Of a DNA stretch of 64,000 nt, positions 1 to 11,368 are shown piece by piece. The translations under genes and the position numbers were made by a program. The stretch lies in the NCBI GenBank assembly GCA_951406725.2, contig OX597819.1:104904001-104968000 (forward strand), read 5' to 3'. The number at the start of each line of letters is the position of its first letter. The first letter of the stretch is position 1. This DNA comes from Octopus vulgaris (lineage: Eukaryota). A model generated the notes under the pieces. That model did no database searches. It saw only the letters and a program-made list of their open reading frames with translations, and had not been told where the DNA came from.

Positions 1-1
1 C

Positions 2-271
2 CAGTGATTCTCAACCCATTTTTTACCCATGGACCCCTTTGATTTCTATTTTACTCTACTGGATCCCCTCCGTAACCATTCACTGTGTATAAAAATAAAA
101 TCTTACTGTGTTTTTATAATTAGATATTATCAAGAATTGTATTTAAAAAATTGTTAAAATACTTTGTGTATTGCACAAGTTTTAACCAATTTATTATACA
201 TAAATTTTAACAACAAAATCTTATATAGACCACCTGCCAAGGGCCATATGAATCTTGGTTGAGAACCACTG
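2..271. mobile_element. hAT/Charlie-like MITE
   Basis: Terminal inverted repeats cagtgattctcaacc (2-16) / ggttgagaaccactg (257-271), resembling the CAGTGGTTCTCAA ends of Charlie-type elements; AT-rich non-coding interior. Confidence 0.65.
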
Positions 272-697
272 AACCAAACCCTTCAAGGCAATGCCCCAGC
301 ATGGCCACAATCCAATGACTGAAGCAAATAAAAGATAAAAGATAAACTGAAAAGATAAGAATTTCTATGAGAAAGATAAAAATAAATATATGCGCCCTTT
401 TAAAGCCTAGCCAGGCTCATGGGCCTGGTTTCCCGGTTTCTATGACATATGTGTTCCCCAGCTGGATGGGACGCCAGTATATCGCAGCATTACTAATTTT
501 TGCCAGCTGAGTGGACTGGAGCAATGTGAAATGAAGTGTTTTGCTCAAGAACACAACGCATCACCCAATCCAGGAATCGAAACCACAAACTTATGATCAC
601 GGTGCTGACACTCTAACCACTAAGCCACGTGCTTCCACTTCTATGAGAAAAGAAAATGAATTTTATAGGAAGAAGGTAAACGATACATAATACATAC

Positions 698-1616
698 CTT
701 GTTTTGTTGATGTTGTTGTAGAGGTGGTGCTTGCAGTGGTTGCTGGTAGCACAGGTATTAGACAAGTAGACTGCGACTGAAAGACTGGGTTAGCTTCAAC
801 AGGATTGACATTGTTAGAACAATCACTAACAGCAATGTTGTGTTGGGTGACGTGGGATGATACTTGTGTAGATTGAGGCTGTTGCTGGTGGGAAGAGGAA
901 GAAGTTTCCAGAGACTGGCACTCGGATAAAAGGGAACTGGCATGACCCACAGAACTGTCAAATTCCTGAACGATAGCCATCAAACTACTAACAGAACCTG
1001 CTTCTGAACTACCTAGCATCCGCAGCCGGTAGCTATCAATCTGTGAAGTGTTCTGTGACTGAGTAGATGATACACACGAAGAGATATTGTTGATGGTAGT
1101 GATGGGGGTGGTGGTATTGTTGTTGGTGGTGGATGTAATGGTGGTATTGGTGGCAGTGGCAGTGGTAGTATTAATGGTGGTGGTAGTAATGATGTTGTTG
1201 TTATTGTAGGGTTGTTGATTATCACAGGAGAGTAAAGTGAAGTTTTGTGGGAGAGCCTGCTGGTTGCTAGGCAATACATCAGAGCTGATCGGAGCCAAAT
1301 TCTCTAAAGATTCTGTAATGATTTGGTCAGTGAAAAACTGTTGTGCAACTGCAGCGTCTCTTGAAGACGTCGCATCTGCCTGAAGCTGTTCTTGGACACG
1401 TTTTACCAGAACCTGATTGCTGACATTGGTTGATGGAGCCACAATAGATGAAGATGAGGGGCTGCTGTTCAATCCCAGGCTCTGTACTAACTGTTCTGTT
1501 GTCACAGCAACACACACTTGTGATGAGTTTTGATCCATTTTTGTAATATAAGCATTCTTTGCTTCATTCGACAGTTCCGACAGATCTGTGGTACCATCAA
1601 TAACATGACTGCTGGC
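698..1616 (-). CDS. ZFP64-like zinc-finger gene, large low-complexity internal exon (third detected exon); gene continues off the left edge
   Basis: Acceptor ttttctag|GCC at 1617/1616 (phase 0, matching the end of exon 13615-14171); 919-nt open frame ASSHVIDG...MDQNSSQV...TTTSTKQ; donor CAAG|gtatgt at 698/697; S/T/Q/N-rich. Confidence 0.75.
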
Positions 1617-1650
1617 CTAGAAAATAGAGTTGTCAATAATGAATGTTCAT

Positions 1651-1651
<1 letters not shown>

Positions 1652-1717
<66 letters not shown>

Positions 1718-1886
1718 TTCTTTATCTGTCTATCTCTTTGTCTCTCAAATATATACATTCTCTCTTATTCTCTCATACACTCACACCCTCTCTAACACAC
1801 ACACAAATCCATGCAATCTCTTTCACACAATGCTCTCTCACTCTCTCTCTCTTACACACAATCCATACAATCTCTGTCACACATTC

Positions 1887-1935
<49 letters not shown>
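1652..1935. repeat. Compound microsatellite (CT)n(AT)n...(CT)n
   Basis: Directly visible dinucleotide runs; they explain the spurious ORFs 1530-2075 and 1630-1941. Confidence 0.95.
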
Positions 1936-1939
<4 letters not shown>

Positions 1940-2446
1940 AGTACACGTGAAGAGTAGACAACACAAAGATTACACACAGAGTACACAAACAGATTATCTT
2001 TCAGAGTTATTATCGCAAGATCCAGGGTCGTATTTCATTGTTCTTGGTCAGCCTCACAATCCTGCCTGCCTTTAAGGAAGGAAGGAACAAACAAACAGAC
2101 AAACAAACAAAGGTGGGGTGGGCGAGAAGTTTTTGTCAAACCAGAACCCTTGCTCCAAATACCTGTAACAATGTGGTGGGATCCACTAAAGGGACCAGAT
2201 GTGCCTGGTAGTTGAAGTCTATGGTAAGATTTGAACTTGGAATGCAAGGAGATGGAACAAATACCATGGGGCATTCCATCCAACATTCAAACAACTCTGC
2301 CAATTCATCACTTTTAGAGGATGGCAGATGATTTGAGGGAGGTTTCACTGATATTTCTAGTAGAGGAGCTATCTAATAGATGTCTGTCGCACGTGCGTGC
2401 GTGTGTGTTCTTTCTTTTATGCATTTCAACCAGTGAAAAAACTACT

Positions 2447-2509
2447 TAGCAGGGTGTAGTTTCAATCTACGGACTTCTGGGTTACAGGCCCAACACACTT
2501 CCACTGCAC
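2447..2509 (-). pseudogene. Decayed, 5'-truncated initiator tRNA-Met gene copy
   Basis: Minus strand GTGCAGTGGAAGTGTGTTGGGCCTGTAACCCAGAAGTCCGTAGATTGAAACTACACCCTGCTA is colinear with metazoan tRNAi-Met (GGG/CCC anticodon stem, ATCGAAA-type T loop); anticodon CAT changed to TGT; T6 run follows at 2441-2436. Confidence 0.7.
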
Positions 2510-3136
2510 TTGTGTGTGTCTCTTTGTGGTACAACGCTGGATATTAGATGGACACATTCTCATATATGTTGCTATAAAAACATCTCAGGTTATTAAAGAG
2601 GAGTTTTGTTAGGGGAGATTTTCAATTTAAATTTTTCTGTTGTCGAAGATTCGTTTTGTCAATGGACCCGGAAGTTGTTGTTCACAAACAGCAGCAGTAA
2701 CTTTCTTTAGCTGAATACATGCCATTGATTGGTTAAAATTACCCAAATACGACAACTTCTAAAATACAAAATTTTGTCAAAAATGTTAAAAGTAAACCCT
2801 GTTCGGATCTTTTCACTTTGACCGGCAGATTTTTAAAATAATTTCTATGTGACTAAAAAATTTTAAACTTCGTATACTGGTAGAATGTGTTTATAAAACA
2901 TCTTTTTCTCTTGGCTTTCTTGAGAAAATTCTGTAGTTTGTAACATATTTGTTGTTTAATTTCTTGCATTTCGGCAATTTCAACCAATCAATGACGTCTA
3001 CTGAGGTAAAAACAATTTCTGCTGTAACATTTTCTGGCGACGTCATATGAAAATGTCCCTGTTACATATTATAATAATAATAATAATTGTGTACAGTGCT
3101 CAGGTGCACTACAACTCATCTAAAGTGTATATATAA

Positions 3137-5898
3137 TCAGGTGTAGTTTCGGCGGATTTCGGAAAGCATGAGGGCCTTAAAGGATGCAGTGTCATGGCAG
3201 TCAACAACTGACGCAGGCAGTTTGTTCCATGCTTCAGCAACTCTGAGCATGAAAAAATGTTTCCGAAAGTCATGGGAGCTGTGCTGTTTTCTGACTTTGT
3301 AAATATGTCCACGTGTGTTAGACACATGGAGATCAAAAAGGTGTTCAGTGTTGTTGTTGGTGAGGTGGTTGATAACTTTGCGGGTGTTTACCAAGTCCGT
3401 CGCCAGACGCCGGAGCTTCAGTGAATCCATGCCCAGGGAAACAAGGCGCTCAGAATATGGTAGGTGTCTGATGGAGGGTATGCGTTTGGTTGCACGTCTC
3501 TGGACAGATTCCAGGAGGTCAATGTTCTGAGCAAGATAGGGATTCCAAACTGATGATGCGAATTCCAAGTGTGGTCGTACCATAGCTGTATACAGTTTTA
3601 AATAGATGGCTGGAGAGCGGCTAACAAAAGTCTTGCTGAGTGATGCCAAGACACCCTCGGCCCTCCTGACAATTTTAGAGATGTGCTTTGTCCAACGCAA
3701 ATCACTGCTGACAGTGATGCCTAGGTCACGCTCGCAAGAGGATTTCTTGATATCAGTGTTGTGGAGGGAGTATGTGGACGCAGGGTTTTTTATCCCAAAA
3801 TGCATGGTGGTACACTTGTCCACAGCCAGTTTCAGTTGCCAGTCTGTGATCCATTGCTGCATTGTGTCCAGGTCTGATTGCAGGAAAGAGTTGTAGACAT
3901 CAGGATCAGTCCTCTTGATTTCAAGGTACAGCTTGATGTCGTCTGCATATTTCAATACTGTGGCATTCTTTAAATTGGCATCTATGTCATTAAAGTATGC
4001 CACAAACAGAGGGGACCAAGGACAGATCCCTGTGGTACACCCGATGACATCTCATATGGTGTAGAGTGCTGTCCTAGAACTGTGACTACCTCCTTTCGGC
4101 TGAGGATGAAGGATTTCAACCAGTTAAAAAGGTCATCCCCCACACCCATTGCAGAGAGTTTCACCATAAGCCTTTTGTGTGGCACAGAGTTGAAAGCCTT
4201 AGCAAAGTCAAGGTAGACAACATCCACCCATGAGCCACTGTCAGTGATCTGAGTAATGTCCTCAAGGAACTCGACAAGCTGGTCACTGCAGCTGGAGTTA
4301 GGGACAAATCCATATTGTGAGGGTCGGATGAGACTGTGAGAGCTCCAGAAGTTCCAGAGTGTTTCTCTGACACACGATTCCATCAGTTTTGCAATACAGC
4401 TAGTGAGACTGACTGGGCGATAGTTGACAGGTGATGTGCGGTCACCCTTTTTGAACAGAGGAATGACACTGGCAGTTTTCCACTGCTCCGGAGTAGCACC
4501 ATTGTTGAGACAGTACTGGAAGAAAATAGAAAGCTGGTGTAAAAGGAAGTGCCTGCCTCGTTTGAGAAGCAGGTATGTAACTCCATCGAGACCAGGGGAG
4601 GCATAGTTGCGCTTATTTTGAAGGTGACGTCGCAGCATTGCAGGTGTAAATTCCATAGTTGTTATGGAGTTTGCTGTTAGTGATGGTGAAGATGGTACAT
4701 TTTGACTTTCAACAGTGAATATGTTTGCATAGCACTCGGCAATGAGTTCTGCGCATTCCTTGGGGTCGTCAGTGATCTGGTTTGTGTGAGGGTTGCGAAG
4801 AGGGCCCACTGGACAGTGAGGTCTCTGCTTTGAATGCACATATTTCCAGAAAACCTTGCTGTCAGGATTGGCTGCTATGCACTGTTCAAATTCAAGCACT
4901 GCATTTTTTGTCACTTGCTTGAGATGGTTGGAGGATTTATTCCGCTTCTTCCTGTTGGTGTCTGATTTATGCAACTTGTATTCCTGTTCAGCAGTCCGAC
5001 GTTCCTTCCTGGCAAGTCGGACCGCTGAAGTTTCCCAAATTGCCCTTTTGGGGCAGTTCTTTTTTTTTTTATGTGGCACTGATGCTGCACATGCTGCCCA
5101 TATTGAGTCCAGGATACTCTGGAGTATAGTATTCACATCTCCAGAGTTGTAGAATTCACGCCAGTTTGGGTGCTGTAGTTCAGTGTGGTACAGGTTCCAA
5201 TCTGCTCTCTTCCAATCGAAGGAAGCAGATTGGAGATGGTTCAGGTGTTTGTTGCCCGCAAGAGCCAGATTGGCGATGATCATAGCATGATCAGAGTCAC
5301 CTAGAGGTTCCTCCGTAGTGCAATTGATAACCGCTTCAGGAGTTGTGGTGAAGAGCAGGTCCAAGGTGTTGTCGCCTCTTGTTGGAGAGGTGACTACTTG
5401 TGACCAGTTTGAGTCCAGCACAAGCTCAACAAAATCGTTTGCACTCTGTGGCCAATGGAAGGTTTCCCAATCGATCTCAGGATGATTGAAATCGCCTGCA
5501 ATAAACACATAAGTGGCTGTTTTCCTGGCAGCAGCTCGGAGGATGTTGCAAAGCTGTGTGTCCTGATGGTAATTTGGGGGACGATAAACAACGCCAAGCA
5601 GGAGTGTTGACATGGTCATACGCACGTCACAGAAAAAAACTTCTTCTTGTGATTCGTTCAAATCGGCACAAGGAATTACCAAAAAATTTGAACGAACGTA
5701 GACCATCACACCACCACCACGGCGGTTAGTGCGGTCCTTACGGAAGAGGTTGTACCCCGTAATGTTGAAAACCCCATCACAGAGTAAGGAATGCGCCCAT
5801 GTTTCCGTGACAGTGATGAAGTCAGGGTCAACACTTCTGACGTAGGCGTTGAACAAATGTATTTTGTTGCATAAACTGCGAGCATTTAAGGACAACAA
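3137..5898 (-). pseudogene. CR1 ORF2 (AP endonuclease + reverse transcriptase), split by a 1-bp deletion near 4008
   Basis: APE motifs LNARSL, VTETW, GDFNHP, LDLLF, SDH; RT motifs YLDFAKAF, GVPQGSVLGP, YADD; CR1-type C-terminus TRGH...FF.LRV...WNKLP; the sister copy reads caaacaggagggg where this copy reads caaacagagggg. Confidence 0.92.
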
Positions 5899-5954
5899 TT
5901 TGTACCCTGCTCGCAGTTTATGATGGTGTGTAGAGGATGGCAGGTTGTTCTGGC

Positions 5955-6619
5955 TTAGTTTCCCTGAGTTGCTGTAGTCTTTTTAGTTATTGTGGGTAGA
6001 GAGCACTCAGACCAGCTGGTATCTCTCTTCCACGTTTCAGCAGTCTTGACAAATCTCCAGATTTGTCCATCTTCCCGAAGACTGAAGCTTTCCTGTAGAG
6101 ATGAGTTCCTATTCAGGGAAGCCACTACACGTAGCTTCGGACGTACATCGGACGGTAAGCCTGGGCGTGTTCGGAAGGTGGTCCGATTTTCCCGCCCAGC
6201 TTTAACTGAGGCCAGATGGTAAGAGGTTGCCTCAGTGGGGTCCGTAAAAGACAACTTGATGAGCCTAGGTTTTGGGCCAGGTCGTCCAAGGCGGATAGCA
6301 CCCGTTGGGGGAACGCAGCCTAGGTCTTTGGCTGAGTTGGCAGCAAAAGCCTGAAGATCAGCCATGTCTTCTGGCACCCCAATGGCAATGACTTCATGGG
6401 TGGCAGAATCCGCGGTCTTAAATGCGACAAGAGGTACAGGTACAGGGAGGTTCTTTAGCAGAGCATTCCGATAAGACCCCTCATTGTGGAGTCCAACCTG
6501 AATGGTTGCTTTTATTCCTGCTACTTCCCCTTTTAAAGCACAGATCGATTGTTGCAGTTCTGCAAGAACCGCACTGGTCAATTGGTGTTGTTGTTGTTGC
6601 TGCTGTTGCTCTGGTTGTG
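5955..6619 (-). CDS. CR1 ORF1 (N-terminally truncated, no ATG)
   Basis: Open frame from the insertion junction through a poly-Q tract, a coiled-coil-like segment (LAELQQSICALKGEVAGIK) and RLGRPGPKPRLIKLSF (typical of LINE ORF1), ending QGN-stop. Confidence 0.75.
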
Positions 6620-6692
6620 GTTATATATTCGTTTAAGAAACAGATTGGGTTTATTTACATTTCTGAAGAAAAAAATATACCCTTCCCTCAAC

Positions 6693-6737
6693 CCCTAACC
6701 CTAACCTTAACCCTAACCCTAACTCTAACCCTAACCC
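6693..6737. repeat. Short degenerate (CCCTAA)n telomere-type repeat inside the TIR element
   Basis: ccctaa ccctaa ccttaa ccctaa ccctaa ctctaa ccctaa ccc. Confidence 0.9.
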
Positions 6738-7525
6738 AAAAACAGAATGAAATGCAATAGATCGATACTAGGGTCATAATTATGGGTGGACACTAAAGAG
6801 GGAACGGTTTTGTTATCCAGCTCTGTTTAAGAGTGACCCCTCAGTTTATGGCCACAGGGTATATTTTTTCTCATAAAAAACAGACATTTTCACCTCAATA
6901 GACGTCATTGATTGGTTGAAATTGCCGAAATGCAAGAAATTAAACAACAAATATGTTACAAACTACAGAATTTTCTCAAGAAAGCCAAGAGAAAAAGATG
7001 TTTTATAAACACATTCTACCAGTATACGAAGTTTAAAATTTTTTAGTTACATAGAAATTATTTTAAAAATCTGCCGGTCAAAGTGAAAAGATCCTCCTGT
7101 TCTACGTGACACATTAAACCAGTATCCGAAGTTTCAAGGTGTTTAGTTAAAAATAATTAATTAAAAAATCTGTGCTTGAGATGATCCAGGATCAAAAACT
7201 GTGTCCTCACTTTTTTAAAAAAAGATTTAGGCGTTGAAGGTTGTTGATATTTAATAGGTCGAGTGACCAAGTGTAGGCTTCATCATTGAGTTCCTGTATG
7301 CTTTACTATAATGTGTGCAAATATTTCGATGGCTTTTTATATGTGTATATGTGTATTCACGGGTGCGTGCGCGTCCGTTGTGATATCTGTCTCCCACTAT
7401 ATTTAATGATACCGGCAAATATATGAGAAACATTTAACAGCTCAGATAAGGGAGAATACTCCTGTATATTGGAACCTCAGTTATCTCCCTTACATGATCT
7501 TTCATTTCTGTTTAATTTCTGCGTA

Positions 7526-8355
7526 CAGTCAACTCTCGCTACTATGCCACCCTACGGGACTGAGCCAAAGTGGCATAGTACCGAGGGTCTGTTATCTAAA
7601 CACTACATAACCAAAAATTTACTGAACATACGAATAAAAATTCATAGGGTATGAAGTAAGGCCAATAAGAAGTTCAATGCAATGGTAAAAAGAAGACATC
7701 CAAGTTTATTAAGTTCAGATTGCTTTTAGTTAATCCCGAAGCTCTCAAAAATTGTCGGCTGACGCATCTTCTTTCGGCGGATTTCATTCATTCCGTTGTC
7801 TAGCCTATCACACGCCTGCATGACGCTGGGTTTTCCGCTGCTCTGCTGCTGCATAAACTTTCGGATAGTGCTCCATGCTCTCTGGGCATCTGCAAACGAA
7901 ACGTATTCCTCTTCCACAATTACGTCGTCGTCTTCACTTTCCACCGGCTCTTCGTTATGCATTACCTCCTTTGCTATTTCTTCTAGAGTGAAACATGTCG
8001 GACAATACAAGGGGCGATAACTTGTATCAGATATTACTAATGATACGAGGGGTCCGACAATAACGCTTTTCGCAGCATCGATAATCTCCTTCTTTTCCTT
8101 CAGCGTAAACTCAGCCCGCTTGCGTTTCTGAGCTGACATTGTGTGCTACTTTCTGAACTTTTCCACAAGATTACAAATACGAAATCTACAAAATGTAGGA
8201 GTACACAATTTCGAAAAGTTGCGTGCGCTTCAGTTTACAAGTGGCATAGTAGCGAGAGTTGAGGGTGGCATAGTAAAAAAAATTTTTTATTATTTGGCCG
8301 GGACCGCACAAAACTGGCATAGTAGCGAGAGTGGCATAGTAGCGAGAGTTGACTA
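7526..8355 (-). mobile_element. Tigger/pogo-family internal-deletion derivative
   Basis: TA|cagtcaactctcgctactatgccac ... gtggcatagtagcgagagttgacta|TA; subterminal repeats of gtggcatagta at ~8241, 8266 and 8316; ORF 7726-8139 has a CENP-B-type N-terminus (KRKRAEFTLKEKKEII) and a Tigger-like acidic C-terminus ending RQPTIFESF. Confidence 0.85.
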
Positions 8356-8661
8356 TATATATGACGTGTTTGGGTCACAGTTTTGATTTTAGACTCATGC
8401 ACGACAGTTAACTCACTTTATACAAAAATATTCCACCTGTATTAAGATAATTCACTTCTCTCAGTAACGATGTCTTTTTCATTTTCCTTGGTGAGGAGCA
8501 GTTAAGTATCGGAATAACTACAGTTTGGTGGTTTCACAATTTACTTCCTCATAATTTTCTTATAATGTAATATAATAATGCTTTATTTCTTTTACATTAT
8601 AATTTATTATATATTTTATAACAATATTTGATATGAAAGATAATAATAAGAATCTAATATA

Positions 8662-8874
8662 CAGGGTGGCCCAAAAGTAGGTTTACAGTTATTCAACTAT
8701 CTCTTTCATATTCATATATTAACAGTTTAGATCCTAATTATAAAAATAAGTGAAACCATTATTCTATGCTAATTTAGTTTATTGTAAGATAGAAATTTAA
8801 ATGTAATAAAATGTGTTAAAAGAAATTTAAACTGTCTATGTGATAACTATAAACCTACTTTTAGGGCCACCCTT
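8662..8874. mobile_element. Tc1/mariner-like MITE
   Basis: TA|cagggtggcccaaaagtaggtttacagtt ... aactataaacctacttttagggccaccctt|TA. Confidence 0.7.
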
Positions 8875-9468
8875 TATTAGATTAGCATAACCCATATTTA
8901 ACCACGAGCACTCACTCTCAACCATCACCACTAATATTCACATATCATCATTAATACACAACCATTATCACTCATACTTAACCATCACCTGAAACTGTAT
9001 AGAAACCTGGCACACACACACATACTTGAATGGTGCTTTTTACATGCCACCGACACAGGAACCAATCAGCGGCCCTGGCAATGATCACGCTCGAATAGTG
9101 CTTTTAACATTCTACTGGCATGGGCGCCAATGGTCTAATTCGACTAAGCGCATGTAATACATCCATCTGGAGGATTCCAGGCCCTAACCTAGGTGGGGTT
9201 ATGTAATTTTTTAACCCACCAAAAAACTGTCTGGATATACTCGCCTTTGAGGCAGTCAGTGCTGCGTCTAACACAACCCATCGTATGGTTGACAGTCAAG
9301 TGAATGGAGGTGTAATGGAAATATTGTACATAAATGGATACATTCTGGAAATGGGCTGCATGGGAGATGGTAAGGGGGAAGTAAACTGTTGAAATGTTGC
9401 AGAAGGCAACAGGTTGACATTGGATTACTGGTGTGGCTGTAGAATAAGAAACATAAAGTGTGCCTATG

Positions 9469-10180
9469 CATCATCATCATCATCGTTTAATGTCCGCTTT
9501 CCATGCTGGTATGTGTTGGATGGTTTGATTGAGGGCTGGTGAACTAGAAGGCTGCACCAGGCTCCAATCTGATCTGGCAAAGTTTCTACAGCTGGATGCC
9601 TTTCTTAATGCCAACCGCTCCAAGGGCCAGTCAGGCAGTACTGGCATCGGCCACACTCAAATGGTGCTTTTTACAGATCTGGCAGATTCTACAGCTGGAT
9701 GCTCTTCTTAATGCTAACCACTCCAAGAGTGTAGTGGGTGCTTTTTACATGCCACTGGCATAGGAGCCAGTCAGGCAATGCTAGCAATGATCATGCTCGA
9801 ATGGTGTGTTTTACGTGCCACCGACATGGGAGCCAGTCACCAGCCCTGGCAACAATCACACTCGAATGGTGCTTTTAACATTCCACTGGCACAGGTGCCA
9901 ATCAGGTGGTAACTGTCATCGGCCACGACAACGATTTCACTTGCCTCAACAGGTCTTCGCAAGCGTAGTTTATTGCCCAATGATTGAAGGGTACTCTTAA
10001 ATGAGCTGGTTATACAGCACTGGCATAGGCCACGGTTATGGTCTCACTTGGCTTGCCGGGTCTTCTCAACCACAGCATATCTCCAAAGGTCTTGGTCACT
10101 TGTTATTGCCTCGGTGAGGCCCAATGTTCAAAGGTCATGCTTCACCACCTCATCCCAGGTCTTCCTGAGTCTACCTCATC
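9469..10180 (-). mobile_element. Retroposon (SINE or RTE 3' end) with a (GAT)n tail and internal sub-repeats
   Basis: (cat)n-cgtttaatgtccgctttccatgctgg...ctacagctggatgcc family; related copies at 11903, 16915, 18598, 25805, 39380, 45271, 49309 and 57750. Confidence 0.7.
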
Positions 10181-10249
10181 ACATAATAATATGTAATAAT
10201 AAATTACTTGAAAAAATAAGGCATAATGGCTTACCACATGGTATGTATA

Positions 10250-11368
10250 ATAATAATAATAATAATAATAATAATTGTGTACAGTACTCAGGTGCACTAC
10301 AACTCATCTAAAGTGTATATATAATCAGGTGTAGTTTCGACGGATTTCGGGAAGCATGTGGGCCTTAAAGGATGCAGTGTCATGGCAGTCAACAACTGAT
10401 GCAGGCAGTTTATTCCACGCTTCAGCAACCCTGAGCGTGAAAAAATGTTTCCGAAAGTCATGGGAGCTGTGCTGTTTTCTGACTTTGTAGGCATGTCCAC
10501 GTGTGTTAGACACATGGAGATCAAAAAGGTGTTCAGTGTTGTTGTTGGTGAGGTGATTGATAACCTTGTGGGTGTTTACCAAGTCCGTCGCTAGACGCCG
10601 GAGCTTCAGTGAATCCATGCCCAGGGAAACAAGGCGCTCAGAATATGGTAGGTGTCTGATGGAGGGTATGCGTTTGGTTGCACGTCTCTGGACAGATTCC
10701 AGGAGGTCAATGTTCTGAGCAAGATAGGGATTCCAAACTGATGATGCGAATTCCAAGTGTGGTCGTACCATAGCTGTATACAGTTTTAAATAGATGGCTG
10801 GAGAGCGGCTAACAAAAGTCTTGCTGAGTGATGCCAAGACACCCTCGGCCTTCTTGACAATTTTAGAGATATGCTTTGTTCAACGCAAATCACTGCTGAC
10901 AGTGATGCCTAGGTCACGCTCGCAAGAGGATTTCTTGATATCAGTGTTGTGGAGGGAGTATGTGGACGCAGGGTTTTTTCTCCCAAAATGCATGGTGGTA
11001 CACTTGTCCACAGCCAGTTTCAGTTGCCAGTCTGTGATCCATTGCTGCATTGTGTCTAGGTCTGATTGCAGGAAAGAGTTGTAGACATCAGGATCAGTCC
11101 TCTTGATTTCAAGGTACAGCTTGATGTCGTCTGCATATTTCAATACTGTGGCATTCTTTAAATTGGCATCTATGTCATTAATGTATGCCACAAACAGGAG
11201 GGGACCAAGGACAGATCCCTGTGGTACACCCGATGACATCTCATATGGTGTAGAGTGCTGTCCTAGAACTGTGACTACCTCCTTTCGGCTGAGGATGAAG
11301 GATTTCAACCAGTTAAAAAGGTCATCCCCCACACCCATTGCAGAGAGTTTCACCATAAGCCTATGTCG
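10250..11368 (-). mobile_element. 5'-truncated CR1 copy, same subfamily as 3071-6619
   Basis: Nearly identical to the 3' 1.1 kb of the first copy; TGG>TGA stop at ~10880; (ATT)n tail; 13-bp TSD catggtatgtata at 10237-10249 and 11369-11381. Confidence 0.93.

Larger units (their letters stand above)
3071..6619 (-). mobile_element. CR1-clade LINE, near full length (5'-truncated within ORF1; one frameshift in ORF2)
   Basis: ORF1 plus APE-RT ORF2; short 3' UTR ending in an (ATT)n tail at ~3071-3088; possible TSD gttacatatt (3061-3070) / gttatatatt (6620-6629). Confidence 0.93.
2805..7094. mobile_element. Non-autonomous long-TIR DNA element (Merlin- or MULE-like), interrupted by a CR1 LINE
   Basis: ~205-bp near-identical inverted repeats at 2805-~3011 and ~6887-7094, starting GGATCTTTTCAC; 8-bp flanking duplication ccctgttc (2797-2804) / tcctgttc (7095-7102). 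Confidence 0.8.

Noticed and set aside
1530-2075. 181-aa and 103-aa plus-strand ORFs
   Set aside because: Translations of (CT)n/(AT)n/(CA)n microsatellites (SLSL, YIYI); no protein signal
6693-6737. Chromosome end or fusion site
   Set aside because: Only seven degenerate units, in a single orientation, inside a transposon in an intron
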